From: Octopus sinensis
Lineage: Eukaryota
Length of the DNA stretch: 8,026 bases
Direction of reading: 5' to 3'
Assembly: GCF_006345805.1 (NCBI RefSeq)
Contig: NW_021828620.1
Span: 1-8,026 of the forward strand
Under the pieces are notes generated by a model that was given only the letters and a program-made list of their open reading frames with translations, searched no databases and was not told the origin of the DNA. Of this stretch, positions 7,000 through 8,026 are shown piece by piece. Made by a program: the position numbers and the translations under genes. Each line of letters starts with the position of its first letter. Positions within the stretch are counted from its first letter, which is position 1.

Positions 7000-7990
7000 G
7001 CATATTTAAAGTGTAGTCCTAGATAAATCTGTGTAATGAAATATTGGATGGTCATGGTTGGATAATCCCAAGATATTAGGATCATCGGGCTGTTGGATGA
7101 GGAATCACCTGGTACTAAACAACAACAACAACAAGGAGAAGCACATGAGCCAATGTAGCCGGAGATACATTGTGGCTGAATGAAATGTTGGATGGTCGTT
7201 ACTGGAACATGTTGGATCAGGATTGACCCAGGGCTAAAGAACATCACCACTTTAACAAGGACACATTGAATAATATCGTCCTAGATAGACAATGACTGAA
7301 TAAAAGATGGGATTGTCATGGCTGGAATGTCTTGGATCAGGACTGAGTTAGGATACAACAGTACCAACAACAATGACTGCAAATACTAACACCTATACTA
7401 CTATACAGTTGTTAGTAAAGTTGTCCTAAACAAACCATGTTTGAAGAAATTATAGGATGGTCATGGCTGGAACATGTATGATGTCCTTGTTTTTATGAAT
7501 AATCAAGAATTAATTAACAATAACAATAACAATTACAGCAGCAGCAACGACAACTATAACCACAACCACAGCAACAGCTATAACCACTACTACTAAGTAC
7601 TGTACTCTACATTAGATAATAATATGATATATCAGGATAAGAGAAAGGATGGATGGTCACAGCTGGAGCATCTTTGATCATAGATCTGTCTAAATCAGGA
7701 CTGTCTTGGGATTGAACAACAACAAGGTGGAACACATTAGATGATGTACTCTTAGATACACTGCATCATTAATAAAAGATGAAGCTGCCAGTCTATCTAG
7801 GGATGAAACAGTACAGTGCTTTAACACCCGAAATGTTAAGGACCCAAAATATATGACAGATGTGCCAAGGGCTGCATTTACAACATGATATAAACAGAAC
7901 CGAGATAAAAATTTATGGGATTACTCATGGCTGGGGCAAAACCCCGTTACGATAGGTCTGTTGCATCAAGAATGACCTGGGGCTAAGCAA
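7000..7990 (+). repeat. Decayed tandem array, block 2 (about 7 units)
   Basis: Same motifs as block 1 at about 7005-7134, 7141-7250, 7261-7373, 7455-7482, 7608-7725, 7733-7781 and 7905-7990. Confidence 0.8.
7516..7595 (+). repeat. Mixed trinucleotide microsatellite (AAC/AAT/CAG/CTA)
   Basis: Read directly; probably an expanded (CAA)n tail of an array unit. Confidence 0.85.
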
Positions 7991-7996
7991 TATCTG

Positions 7997-8026
7997 TTTT
8001 TTATTACCCACAAGGGGCTAAACATA
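7997..8026 (-). mobile_element. 3' end of a second SINE family 1 copy, cut by the window edge
   Basis: ttttttattacccacaaggggctaaaca matches 2253-2281 tttctttactacccacaagggactaaaca. Confidence 0.75.

Noticed and set aside
6918-7250. 110-aa minus-strand ORF (also 4119-4409)
   Set aside because: It is the antisense reading of decayed array units and A-rich runs; the CCCCC stretch comes from (CAA)n.
4145-7990. Repeat array as a CRISPR locus
   Set aside because: Units are long and highly diverged, with no constant short repeat and unique spacer pattern, no cas genes, and a eukaryotic context.

Overview
Non-coding, AT-rich eukaryotic DNA made almost entirely of interspersed repeats and microsatellites. 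The repeat families match my recollection of octopus (coleoid cephalopod) genomes; this was not checked against a database. No protein-coding gene, RNA gene or CRISPR array can be supported, and nearly all listed ORFs are translations of microsatellites or repeats. The window holds two tRNA-derived SINE families: family 1 has a full copy with a 16-bp TSD at 2252-2481, and family 2 has two long copies in opposite orientation at 3429-3791 and 4748-5143. It also holds two (GAT)n-tailed RTE-type retroelement fragments, a 410-bp MITE with perfect 29-bp TIRs and an 8-bp TSD, a TTAA-bounded MITE expanded into three head-to-tail units carrying nested insertions, and a decayed tandem array (period about 120-150 bp, about 13 units, all on the same strand) in two blocks. 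Two short unique islands (about 278-368 and 5381-5518) could be exons, but the evidence is weak. I do not see a novel gene system; the notable signals are repeat architecture and possible RNA-level consequences.
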